Position numbers and translations under genes: made by a program. Source: Nageia nagi (lineage: Eukaryota > Plantae > Pinophyta). From it: DNA of 64,000 nt. This document shows positions 48,100 through 61,169 of this stretch, one piece after another (position 1 is the stretch's first letter; every line of letters begins with the position of its first letter). A model generated the notes under the pieces. It was not told the origin of the DNA. It saw nothing but the letters and a program-made list of their open reading frames with translations, and made no database searches. The stretch spans positions 172,918,001-172,982,000 of the forward strand of contig JBITNC010000001.1 of NCBI GenBank assembly GCA_050084985.1, in the 5' to 3' direction.

Positions 48100-50795
48100 C
48101 TTGGAAAATGCCCAAGTTTCTGTTAGGTTTCCCGTAGATACCCATCCATTATCGATCAAACTTTGGGTAACATTTCTCAATTAATTACATTTATTTATTT
48201 CATATCCCTTTTATTGATGATAAACATAATACTCATTATCCTTGTACCAAGTTGGTTTCTCCTAATTTGTATCCTCAGGTTTATTTTGGGAAGATGGGCC
48301 AACTGTGCCTCTAAAGGTTTCTTCAAATCATCCTCAATAGAATTAGGCAAATGAGTCCAAGATTTACATGGCCCTTGCTATAGAGGTTTCATAGGCTTAT
48401 AAGCACCCTGCTAATTACCCTAATCTATATTTTTTAGCCTAAGCTTTTCCAATATCTGGGGTTGTAAAGGTGGATTAGCCCTGAGTGGTAGTGGTGAAGC
48501 TAACTGAACCACTAGTTGTGCTTGATAAACATCATATGATACTTGGTTACCTTGATGATTTTTATATGAAGTACTTGGAATAGTATTTTAATTGTTACAA
48601 TACTTCTAATTATTGTTCTCCTTTTTCCTTAATTTAATTTTTCCATATTGGACCTTAGCCTCTTATATTAAATTAGCATGAGATAGAGTATCCTCAAAGT
48701 TGCAATGTTGTTGGATACTAACAATAGAAGAGATGGGTTTATTACAATTCTTGGAAAATAAATTAACCAACTCATATTGAGGGAGTGTGTAAGACATATT
48801 GATAATTATATCCCTTTATCTACACACATAATCTAATACTGACTCATCATCAAACTAGGATAACTTGCCAAGATTTGTGATAGATGCCCTCTTATGGATA
48901 TTGATGGTAAAGTGGTCAAGTAACTCATCAAAAAACTACTCAAAATAATATATGCTATGCTACGTGAGGTTGTTGTACCAGCATAATGCTTGCCAAATAA
49001 GCATCATTAGAAAGTTATTAAGCATGAGTACATCATTGTTACTAATGATATAACAAGAGTACTTGAACTATTGAAGGTGTTATTTAGGATCTGCATTTTC
49101 TCAGAACTTATCTATTTTTAGGATCTCAAAATCATAGGAGAATGTCTTGGTTGGTACACTTGGGTGGATTGGATCATTAAAAATATAAGTGTACATCAAA
49201 TTAGGCATTTTGTTATCACTAACTCAAAGTTCCATATCCTTTAACCTCTTCAATATCTCATCATTAATATTCAAAGGTTGTACACTAACTATATCCTGCT
49301 ACTTCAGGACCTAACTAATGGGTACATCATCATATGGATCATATTTATCATCATAAATTGGATCTCAATCTTGATTATAATATTGATCATACTATTAGGT
49401 GTTAATTTTATCTTGGGTGCAAGGTTTGTGGGATTTTGAAATGAAACCACTCTAGTCATGGAATCCTGCAACTCGTAGTGATGAGGAAATGAAAAATGTC
49501 CTAATGAAGAGGCTTGAATATGCTAAGATGATGAATCATACCCAAGATCATAATGAGGTATGAAGGATATAATATGAGTATACATTGGAAGATTATCTTC
49601 ATTTTATTGAGAATGTACTTATTGAGATGAAACCATTACATGAGAAGAAGAAGAGTGATATGGCTATAGTGGTGGATCAGTCAGGTATGAGTGTGAACCA
49701 TTTCCTAAATAAACTTTAGGTTGCACCTTAAGATGTGTATGTGACATAAGAACATAAGGTATTGTGGGATGCACCTAACATGAAGACTCATGTTGTGAAG
49801 TATTGTGATCAACATGACATGAAGGCTCAAAATCATGTATGGGAATAAGCTAACTTGACTTGGGTTGGTGTCTACAATATGGATCCTCATAGTAATATCC
49901 AATACAATAATTAGGTGGAGGTGGTGGTGGTATATAGAAGGTCAAGACACATGGGTCTAGATTGATAGGTGATAGAGGTGGAGGTCTAAGGGGACCACTA
50001 GGATGTGGGCTAGAAGGATAATGAGATGACCTAATCATGGATGGTCTAGTGTATAGAGGAGGTATATCATATGACATATCAATAGGTGGAGGTGACCTAG
50101 GATTAAGTAATGGTTCCTCATGATATATCATATCAAGTACCTCATAGATAATGTATTATGGAGATGGATATAGTGGATGAGACCTAGTGATAGGAGAAAT
50201 GGGGATATTCTCTATGTGACCATCCCTTTTCTCAAACTTAAGAATCGAGGAGTAATAAACCTTTACAATGGGAGGTAATGGTGGTGAGGAGAATCTCTTA
50301 GTATTGATATAATGTTTGAACCATAGGTTCACTCATGAATATCTCTTGCTAAGGTATAGATGGATCTACAATGTGAGTAGGGATATGAGTAGAACTAGGT
50401 CAAGGATGTGGTATGTGATTCCTAGATCCGCATCATGAAACATAATATGGATAAACACATGAATGATATATATGATGACATGATGTAGATTTATCTATAT
50501 CATGATGTGGAATACAATATGACTAACCATGTGATGTACTAGCCCTATGATATGCCACATTATCTATCCCCTCTAGTTGAGTGGTGCACATAAGAACATG
50601 AAACCCCTTTAATGTATTACTAAAAGAGAGATGAGGTGATGAATGAATGGAATCATGTTGAGGTGAATGGTAATATGTATGTGAACTATTACAGGAAATA
50701 CACAAATTAGGAAGAGGATGTGATTGATTTATCTCATTATTGCATTCCTCTTCTTTAAGTGATTGAGCTCTAAGCTAACCTCTAGTTTTGACCAT
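48100..50795 (-). pseudogene. gag relic with long Pro/His/Tyr-rich N-terminus
   Basis: MVKTRG at 50795; PPP-rich ORFs at 49705-50131; core FEILKIDKF..ADPK*HLQ..ALCWYNNL..LDHFTINI (~48900-49135). Confidence 0.8.
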
Positions 50796-52370
50796 ATGGA
50801 TGGGCCAAGGATTATCATCCATTGTATGTGTATTAATGTAATCAATAAAAGAGGGATCAATAGATATATATAAAAAATTTAAATAAAATTTAAAGTGTAT
50901 AAGTAATGAAATAATGCAAAAAGAAATGAATAACCCAAAAATAAGCCTAGAATTTAGTTAAAAGAAATCTTATTTAATTTGAATGCATGTAATATCAAAA
51001 AGATTAAATGATAGCATCCACTTCAAAAGGTAAATCTAAATGATAATATAGCAATGGTGATAGATAGCAATTTCACTTATGTTTCTAATTTCTTCTTTGT
51101 TCAATTTTATTTAATCATTTTAATGAGGGTTGATTGTAAAATGCACTTGTGTATTTTGATACAACCTTTTTATGTTTCCCTAAAAATGATTCTAGTCAAG
51201 TGTTAAAAAGGTAAGGATAAATCTCTAGGGGTGTAGAACATTATTCAAGGGTACTCAACTACCTCTATAGGAAGATATCCCAAATAGAGGGGGGCTCCCA
51301 TTTTGGTTTTCAACTCTGAGTATGGGTTAGGCTATGGGAATACTGTCTGTGTTCCCTATATATTTCCTAAGTATGTGATGGACCTTTAATTCAAGTAAGT
51401 AAAATATAGTGTAGCTATATGATGATATGAAATGTACTTAAACCCTAAATTTTTATCTTTTCAAAATGAAATCAAAGCACTCTTATCCAAGTATGATAAA
51501 ATAATATAACAATCATTTATATGCATAAAATAAGGAGCAAAGACACACCAATAATAAGAAAACCCTTTTGTAAGATTTTAAATTTTAAACACCAAAGTGG
51601 ATTCCAATATTGAGGCAATAATCCCACCAATATGCAATTCAAATTTACTAAAATAATGGCAAGCCTATGATGAAATGAATAAGCAAATATTATGTACTGG
51701 GTATTGGAAGAAAGAAATTCAAAGACTCATTGATGCAAAAATGTCCCTTCTCACTCCAAAGTTAATGAGTGTAATGTAGGTTACAAGCCTCTACCATAGG
51801 ATCATCCACTACAGAGATGACTATGGTTATAGTGCAAGTCATCTAGATGATTAGGAGACATCTGCATGATCATAATACACTCAAAGATAAAATTTAAAAT
51901 TGGAAATAAATGCTAAACTAAAATTTTGTGACAAGGATTAAAATACAAGTCTTATGACAAGGAAACCTAAATTTATAGACAAAATAGAAAGGAACTACTA
52001 TCACTAATACAAATTTAGAACTAAGTGCAAAATAAACTAAAAATAAAACCTTAAAATAAGTGTATATAGAATCATCCTTAATAGGGATGATTACAGGGTC
52101 ACCTGGGAAACTAAAAGGTCATGCTATAGGAGAGCAATTCACATTCTAGATCATATTGCAGAGAGATGATTTTCTTTATGATTAAAATGGACCTTTGAAA
52201 TTTATAAATCTAGTTTTGACCAAGCTAAGGATTTTATCTTGCAAATTTCAACAAAAATCAAATGTTATAACTCTTTGAATTGAGGGAAACATCCACAATT
52301 TAAAGGTTACAAAAATAAGGTAAAAGGATTAGGAAATCCTCTTTGTCTTATGAGCCTAGGACTAGTAAGA

Positions 52371-52387
52371 TCCCACTATGATCACCA
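52371..52387 (-). other. Primer-binding site resembling the plant tRNA-Arg 3' end
   Basis: Minus strand TGGTGATCATAGTGGGA versus TGGCGACCACAGTGGGA (tRNA-Arg complement, recalled from memory); three C>T differences. Confidence 0.65.
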
Positions 52388-52389
52388 TT

Positions 52390-53559
52390 TGTAAATGCTT
52401 CAAAAACCCTACACCTAAACCACTTAAAAAACCTATGAGCAATTTTAAGGATCTTGATTCATTTCCATCTAATTTTCCTATGTGATTATTGGCAATATTG
52501 ACAAAGATAGAGTTTAGAGTATGTCCTTTAAAATTAAATGTTACAAGAAGCTATTTATACCTGAAAGGAAAGAAAATATGTTATGGGAGGCTTCAAATCA
52601 TAAGTCCTTGGGAACTTGTGACCATCCAAGTGGGGTGAAACACTAACTCAACAAGGTTATAAGCCTCCTTTTTCCTTAATTAAAAGGATACTAGAAATGA
52701 TTGATATGCTTATTGTGCAAGTATGATACTCTATAGAAAAAATCCTAGATGAGTAAACTTGAAAAATATATATATGACAATATTGACAATCTATGACAAA
52801 GAATATTCAAGATCTAAGTATGTGTAAAGATTTTCCTAAAGTGATCAAATGGTGCAAAAGAAAATGGATACAAGATAAAATAAATATGGATATAAAGCTA
52901 AAAATACTAATTATGCAATAAAAATGCTTCAAACTATAAGGTTTGGACCTTAGAGGTCAAACCCTAGGTTAAAACCCTAGATATGAAAACTAGCCTATGT
53001 ATGCCTATATGCCAAGAAATGATAAATATACCATAAAAGATAGGCTAAAATTCTTTAATATAGATTTATTTAAGCTCTAAAACTTGTAAAAACTCATGAA
53101 ATCAAAGATAAATAATACAAGCTCTTACAATAACCAAAAGGTACCTCAATCCATGAAGTATGGAGAAGTAATCCCAAGGCATGAAGATGGAGGCTCAAAG
53201 CTTGATGTAAACCCTTGAAGATGATATCACTTTCTCGGAATCACATGTAGTCAAGTACAATAATTGCAAAGGTTTTGAAAAAGTTTGTCTAGACTTGAAA
53301 AGTGAGCTTGATTTTCCTTTTTATATACATCAGATAGGATCATTCGGATGACTAGGTGATCTGCAAGATCCCTTAAATGATTAGCCAATAATTCGAATTA
53401 TTGGAATCAAAGTGTTAGAAATGACTTAAAGGCCAAAACAACATCAATCATACCTATTAAGAATGTTGCATAACATGTTAGATAGACATGATGGTATAAA
53501 CATCATAAATATTAATAAAACCTTGTCAAAAATGTAAATGTGATTTTAGGTTATATATA
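52390..53559 (-). repeat. 5' LTR (1170 bp)
   Basis: Direct repeat of 31390-32574, adjacent to the PBS; terminal bases decayed (TATATA for TTTACA). Confidence 0.92.
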
Positions 53560-53943
53560 GGTGCACTTGATCATGAACATATGTTTGTGCATTTGGATCA
53601 TTTTATATCATATGGTGAATTTTATCATGAAAATGCCTTTATCTTTCATCATTTGTATAATATATAAATGATGACTGATCAGTTCCATTAGGCCATCCTT
53701 TAGTAGCCCATGGTAAGCATCATAATTTGGCTCAGTTTGATTCTGCTTGAGTGCCAAAATACCCATAAATACTAAATTGGGTATGTGGATGTTTATAATT
53801 AGTGCTTTATAAATTGAATGTTGTGGTTTTGAATGAGTGGATAAATATGTATGAAAAGTGTGGAATGATACTTGATGTCCATGGACATGTATGCAAAATA
53901 CAAGCTCTAGAAGAAGGTATAGATATCCCTAAAAAGAGTAGTT
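53560..53943 (+). repeat. Continuation of the third PPR-derived macro-repeat unit between two LTR insertions
   Basis: Aligns with ~29525-29853; ORF 53802 LNVVVLNEWINMYEKCG..ALEEGIDI is PPR-like. Confidence 0.88.
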
Positions 53944-54994
53944 TGTTAACCACTTTTTCTTGTCAAGGAAAACATGGGACAACAAGGGATATATGATCCT
54001 ACTTTTAACGAGGTAGTACTCGATGTGTTTACTTAATGCTAATCGATTGTGTCAATACTTATGTTATTTTTCTCACAATCTTTCCCATACTTAGAGTAAA
54101 TAGTTGCTCCACTAATTCTAGAAAAGTAAGCAATTACTTAATGTTTGTAACTTGACTGCATTAGACTTGCTTGAGTTATTCAAGTTACGAGAAAGATAGT
54201 AATATGTTTCACACAAGTATATCTTCACTTATCGAATGGATATTCTCATATTTTTTTATATTTTTTCACTTTTTTCCCCTAAATGTGCAATGACTTAGTT
54301 TATTTCAATCATGAATTTTCTTATCCTTGAATTAAATGATCATTCTACTAATTCTAGAAAAGTAAAACAATCACTTAACTATTTTAACTTGGCTGAAGAA
54401 TCTTGCTCAAGTTAATTAAGTTATAAGTAAATAATGATGTCTCATATAGATTATCTTACACTTAGTTTATTTTACTCCTTTTTTACAAGCACTTAGTTTC
54501 TTCAGTGATATATTATATTGCATATAGACTTAAGCAACACATCACATTTCTTTCACTAACTCAAATGTTGATTGCTCTTTAAGTTTGCAAAAAGATAATA
54601 TTATTCAAGTATAGGAAATGAATTACTACAAATAGACTTGAAATTCATCTCATCACTCAAAAAAGTATCAAAGAAATAAACACACATAATTTGGATGTAA
54701 AAGATTCTATCTTATTATTGTAGAAGCTTCAAAGTGCAACTTTTAGAATTTAGAGTGCTAGAGAGAGCATTACAAATGAGGCCCTTTTTCCTTTAAGTAA
54801 TGTCTAGAAGTATTTAGGTTTGAAAAAAAACCCTACCTCATTTAAGAAACCCTAACTACATTAAGAAACCCTAATTACATTATTATCAAAATTTGGCTAA
54901 GTTTGAAAATTAGCCATCTCAAAAAAGACTAAATCTAAAAACTTTTAAAATTAAACTAACTTTGGAAACTAAAAGAACAACAAATTTTCTAACA
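53944..54994 (-). repeat. 3' LTR (1051 bp) of the third gypsy element
   Basis: TGTTA...TAACA termini; the host repeat breaks off at 53943 (expected TSD TAGTT); PPT (minus strand AAGGGGATTAAAGA) at 54995-55008. Partner LTR is outside the window. Confidence 0.78.
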
Positions 54995-55009
54995 TCTTTA
55001 ATCCCCTTT

Positions 55010-58000
55010 ACAATTCTACTGAGAATCATAATAAATTTTCTTCAATTTGGTGTTGAAGAAGGAGGAAATTGAGCTATCATTTTCTTAACCTTTGCCTTGA
55101 TATCTCCTTTTGAGAAGTTTTGAACTCTAACATGACCTTCCATCAATCCTTGATATTGATAGATAATTTTCCCTATTACCCATTTTTGGATTTTTTGATG
55201 TGCAATCTTAACTTGGGAAATTCAAGAGAGATAGAATTCATATGCTACAAAGGCTTCCTCAAGATCTTTTGATTTTAATTTTCTTTCCAAGAGTTCTTTT
55301 AAACTTATTTTAACTTCATCATCATTCCTCCACTAGATGGATTCATCTAGGGTTTGAATATCTATCAAATCAATAATATCCCTATTCTCTTAGTATACTC
55401 TTTTAGCTTCTTCTTTAAATGCATGGCACCATTGCTTTGGATTTGATAACCAGTTAAAAAGGAATGAAAAATCTTTGTAAAAATTCAACAACTTTTCATC
55501 CTTAATAATCTTCCATTCAATTCTTGCCACATTTTCTACTTAATATAGCCATTCATATGCAAATTTATTTATATTAGCTTCAATTCCATATAACTAAAAA
55601 TTGATATTATCAAGGTAAACAAGGTCAAGGTTTGCATTTGGGAAGAATTTGGTTTATTTTTTAATTAATTTATCAATTCTCTTCTCAAATTCACAACCTA
55701 TATTATATTTAGAATTCAATTCATCTTTGTCAACCCCAAATTCATCAAACTCCTTTAAAGTTTTCTTCATTTTCTTCATTTCACTTTTGAGCTTGTTTAC
55801 CTCTGATTCCTTCTCTTATGTTAATTTTATCAAATTCTTTGTGCCTTGATCTATAATGTATGCATTTGACTCAACTCCAAGTGGCCCAATGTCATACTTC
55901 ATAGTGCTAACATTTATTTGTCTCTTATCCTTGGGTTTCTTAACATTGGTAGAAACCTTTCTTACTCATAAGGTCTCTTTTCCAAATTCTACCATAATTG
56001 GTAATTTATGGGGAATAGGGACTTATTCTTCACCTGTAGCTTTTGATGCCTCTTCCTCTTCGCTTCCACTACTAATTTCCTCAAGTATTTTTAAGTATGC
56101 ATCAATATTTATTTTTTTATAAGATTCTCAAAGATGAGCTTATCAATGGTCATGTTTTCATCAACCAAGATAATTTTCTTATCATGTTCCTCTTATTTTC
56201 TTTTCTTTTTCCTCTTTTCATTCTCATCATCATCATCATCATCTCCATTTCCATCACCACCAACTACTCTATATGAATGTTTATATGAATTCTATGAACT
56301 TGAAGTTTTATGGGGAGTAAGAGCTTTCTTAGTGTCAAAACAAGCAATAGGGTGCTCTGTGGTTTGAGTAGATCCCTTGGTTGCTTATTATAGAGGGATA
56401 TTTGAAACTACCCCTTCTTTATGGAAGCCTTTGGGGGTGGAGGAAGAGTAAGTGATGATCAAATCTAAGATAGAAGAACTTTTATGAGAAATATATACAT
56501 TTTCTTTAATCTCCCCTTCTTCAAAATCAATGATATTTACATATTCTTCCTCCCCTTCTATGTGAGTGTCTGTTGTTGGACCAGGATCTTGATATTATTC
56601 AAAGCACTCTTTGGTTTTCTCATTACCTTATTCTTCTTTATATTCTTCTACTTATCCTTATTCTTCTCCTTCTTGTTAAATGCTATGAATCCTTGGTCTT
56701 AAGCTATAATTAGAATTTGATTCGTTATCATCATTTGAATCATCATAACTGCTAGAAGAACTATTGCTAGAAAAAGGATTTCTAGTAGGAATTGTAGTAT
56801 GATTACTTTCTCCACTTTAAAATTGAGATTTTGGGTGTAATACTAATGTATTAATTACTTTCAAAACATCAAGTCCTTGCATTGAGATGAACTAGTTAAA
56901 TTTGGGATCCTTGGTAAAATCTTGCTTAGCTATTTGCTGAGCTACATGATGTGATGAGTGAATCTTAGGACTTGTATCTCTTGATATTCCTTATCCTTTC
57001 TCTCTTTCTTTTTGAGCTAATTATTCTGATATCCTTTAAATATCTATCTCTAAATTCATATTTCTAAATTCTCTAAATGGCCAAAGGATTGATGTTTTGT
57101 AATTTGTGTGAAACTTCTAACAAAATCTATCAACTACTCTAGTTGGATCATAATTTATTTTTAGTGCATGCTTCTCAAAACCATATCCTTTGATTTCACA
57201 TGTAATTATTTTAACTTCTAACCAATTATTGCATTTTTATGGGTGCTTCTTTCTTCTCTTTAGTAAATTTGTCATGAAAATAAAAAGCATGTATAAAAAA
57301 TTTTAAAAATATTATTCTATCATTGAGATATCATGGTAATTTGAGGGGGGCCATGTTATGTAAGAATTATAAAATTCTTCTAAGTAGAAATTTGCAAACC
57401 TTTTCAAAAATTCATAGGCTTCAATGGAAATTCTGGGCACATGTTGTGGTCCTTTCATCTCCTTAATTATGGCATATTCCCATTTATCTATTCTCATTTG
57501 AATATAGCTCCACTCTTCAATCTTGTGGAACTTGGGGTAGCCCATCTAAATAGCTTCCTTTCTATTGAAAATGATCTTTTTAATACCATGGGATTTTGGT
57601 TGATTATTTCCTTTGAGTAGTAAAAATACTAAATAGGAAAATTAAAAGAAGGATATTATCTTCTTAACTTCTTTAAGCTACTCAATCATACCATTACAGA
57701 TAGCCTAAATCCAACATATGTTATCTTTTTTATTACATTTATACAAGAAACCAAATAAATCCTTCTCAAAATGAATGTCAATATATTTACCCAAAATCCT
57801 ACATAAGAATTTTATGGTTTTATTTGAGTTATCATGGAATAGGCATCTTTGAGCTTTCATTACAACTTGATGACCTAGGCCATGATTTTTTGGTTATAAC
57901 AAAGATCAAATGGAGTCATTGGGCTTATATTTGTTATTGTATTCTTCATATTTATTATTGACATCTTCTTGAGTGAAAATAATCCCACAGTTAGACCAAC

Positions 58001-58408
58001 CCATAACTTTCTCAATACCTTCTTTGGTCAAATCTAAAATAACTATTCCTTTTGCATCAGTGACCACTCATTTTGTGCAATCAGTATGCTCTGTTACTTC
58101 CAAAACAAACTCTAAAATGTTTATTAAAAATTGAATAACTATAACTATAAAGAGTCTCAAGGAATGGAGGACATATTTTTCTCTAACTTATTTTGGAATA
58201 CTCTTTTATTTTCCTAGTATAAATTGGGTCAATATGATTCCATTTTGGGTCTCTTATGTTCTCTAGCCTATCATAGTAATGGGCTCTTTTTTTTACTTTC
58301 CCATCTTTGTTAAATTCTATGAAACTGCTCTTGGTAAGTCGAGAGTAACCACCATAATCCTTCTTTGATTTTCTCATCCTAAATATAACAAGGGTCAAGT
58401 TTAGCCAT
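55010..58408 (-). pseudogene. Long extra ORF relic downstream of pol, same sense (env-position ORF), Glu/Lys-rich and coiled-coil-like C-terminal half
   Basis: ATG at 58408; minus-strand ORF pieces 58183-58398 and 57312-57545; strongly purine-rich minus strand with acidic/basic low-complexity translation from 57000 to 55000. No domain identified. Confidence 0.55.
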
Positions 58409-61169
58409 CATTTCAAGACAAGGTAACCAAGTGCAATTTCATCAAAATTTTATTTTTCATAAATTACTATTTTTTATTTAGTTGCATTGAGTTATCAACA
58501 TAAGTGGGTGCGATAAATAAATTTAAGCAAAGTTACTTTAGGTATGATCTTATTATGATGTGATAATGTAACACTTTAGTCACATTGGATTGAAATAAAA
58601 CTCAACACAACTACAATAACTCTTACTCACTATGAGGCAAGATGCATCCCAATGTGATAAGAAATTGCCTTGGCATTTTTCATGAATTCAATTGCTTTGA
58701 AGTTTAATTTGAGATATGCAACCAAGAAATATTTAAGTCACTTTGAATTGAAGACCAAAATGATGTAACTATATCATGTTTTGGTCATTAGGAGTACAAG
58801 GATAATTCCATGTAATAATTAAAAACTTCACTTTATCAGATGACTTTAGTCATTGCAAATATGATGTTAAGATAGAGCGATAGAAAAAGGTCATGGTTGC
58901 TATCGAATGGAGATCAATATAGCTCAATAAAAGAATACTTTATCACTATGAGTGAATGTGAAAAATGATGCTAACAAAAGAAAGGAGATCTGATCTAGCT
59001 AAGTCTTACAAACCTTGACCTCTTAAGTCAGCTTAAAATAGTTTGCAATGAATGGTGGCATCAACAATCTTATTTATTTTGGATTGAACTTCAAAGCCTT
59101 GCAACAATGGATACTACTTCATATATCTTCTCAATTTGTCATGAGCATTCTAAACACCTTAGTTACACTAACTAGATAGGAAAGACACTCTAACAAAGGC
59201 ATAAAACAAAATGCTAGATGAAAAATGAAGTGTCACTTCGACTATTTATAGGAAAAAGTGATGTGAGGAGACACATGTTGGCGATTGAGATAGATTTTCT
59301 CTATATCAAATGATGAAGGAGACATGAGTGGGTGGTAGTTGGTTGAAGTGAGTTGATCATGAAAAATGGGGCAACTAGTCACTTCAGATAGCCTCTATAG
59401 TGGATGTGACCAAAGGGCTTAATAGTTGCATTGAGATGAAAATAAAGATGATGCAACAAAGGAAAAGGTCAAGTCGCATTGAGTTTGATGTATATGTGGA
59501 TATGATAAAAGAAACAAAAATATAGTAAAAAAATTTCAATTTTTTGTTCTAATTTTGAAAATAAAAATCTTGTTTGCTTTTGGGTCATAATGAGAATCGA
59601 ATTCCACTTTTCAATGTCTAGAATGAATACTTGACTTCAAAAATGGGATTTTGATGTCGAGTAGGACTGATTTTCACTCATGTATAAGGAAGGCATTTAC
59701 GACCAATCTCAGATGATGGTACTCAATGGTTTATGGAAATTGATTTTCATGTTAATGTCTAGAATATGCTCTTACTTTTGAGATGAAAGATGCTACCCAA
59801 TAGGCCAAAAATCCTTTTTGTGATAAAAAGATATGATCTTGATAAACTTATTTTTGGATTTTTGATTATTTAATTTTTATTGAGTTTTAGTTAATTAACA
59901 CAAATAGCATAAATAAAAAAACTTTTTCTAAATACCTAAATCGAGGAAAATTTTTGAATAAAAATAATGATAAAAAAATTGGGTGGTAACACTGGCTCTA
60001 TTTGGGGATGTCTTGCCTTAGTGAGACAAAAGATCTTAGCATCTCCAGTTACCATTACCACATATTTTAAACAAATAAAAAGAAAAAGAAAAACTTAAAT
60101 TCATAAATGAAAAATCCTTCCAAGTATTTTCTAGTCATTATCTTTAATAGCTTTAGGAAAATGGAGATTTTTAATGAGATGTAGGAAACTTAGAAAATTA
60201 TCTTGTAATCCATCAACTCAAAAAAGGTTTTCAAGAATCTCCTTCATCATAATTTGCATAATTCTCTTGATAAATAATTAATTGAATAATCCTTAAAAAT
60301 AAGTAGAAGGTATAAATCAATCAAATAGTTTATCTGAGAACACTATTTTAATAATAACCTCCAAATATCATGATAATAAACAATGCAATCATCATTGCTA
60401 GTATTGAACTTGAAATGTAACTTTTTATACCAATCCAATGTTTCTTTCCTAGTACTTTGACCCTATGTATAGTTTACCTACTACATCCTTGGTCCCTATT
60501 TATATTGGGGATTACCTTTACTACCAGTAGGTGTTTATAGCCTTGGTAGGGATACCTGACTTTGAAGAATTGCTTGCATTGCTAGCAAGTGTCTATAGCC
60601 TTGATGGAGTTTCTTCAAGTGCTAAGAATATTTTTTCTTTCTTTTTCTTCTTTTTTATTTTATTTTTTTAAATTTCTTATTTTATATGTATATATTTTTT
60701 TAATTCTCAATCTTACCAAAGTCAAGAAAATAAATTTGGAAAAAAACAAAACTTTCATCATCCATTCTATCATTCTGAATTCTAATAGCAAGATTAAGAA
60801 AAAGATCAATGGAAAATCATTATTATCTTAGTATTACTCATAAGAATTGTTCAATTTTTCCATATCATTAGTCTTTTTTTAGGGTCCAAACTTATAAAAT
60901 AAGTCTTATGATGTTTTAAGATTAACAACTTAGAATAAAACCTAAGATCCTTTATGGTTGAAAAGAAAGTAGATCAATTCTAAAAAAACTATTTTGTAAA
61001 AACTCCTCCTTTTGAAAATTCTTAAGAGATGATTAGTATATAAATTAAAAGGATGATTTATAAAAAGATAAAAACTACAATCATTGAAAACATAGAAATT
61101 TAATATGCAAAATGTACAAGGAAAATCTATACTAAAGATCTAGTCTAATTTCTTAAGGAGGATATCTTC

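Larger units (their letters stand above)
31390..53559 (-). mobile_element. Full-length decayed Tat/Ogre-type Ty3/gypsy element (22.2 kb)
   Basis: LTRs 31390-32574 and 52390-53559; TSD GGTGG / GGTGC (uninterrupted host copy at ~29520 reads ATGGTGCA); PBS and PPT present; domain order gag-PROT-RT-RH-aRH-INT; antisense PMD. Confidence 0.93.
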
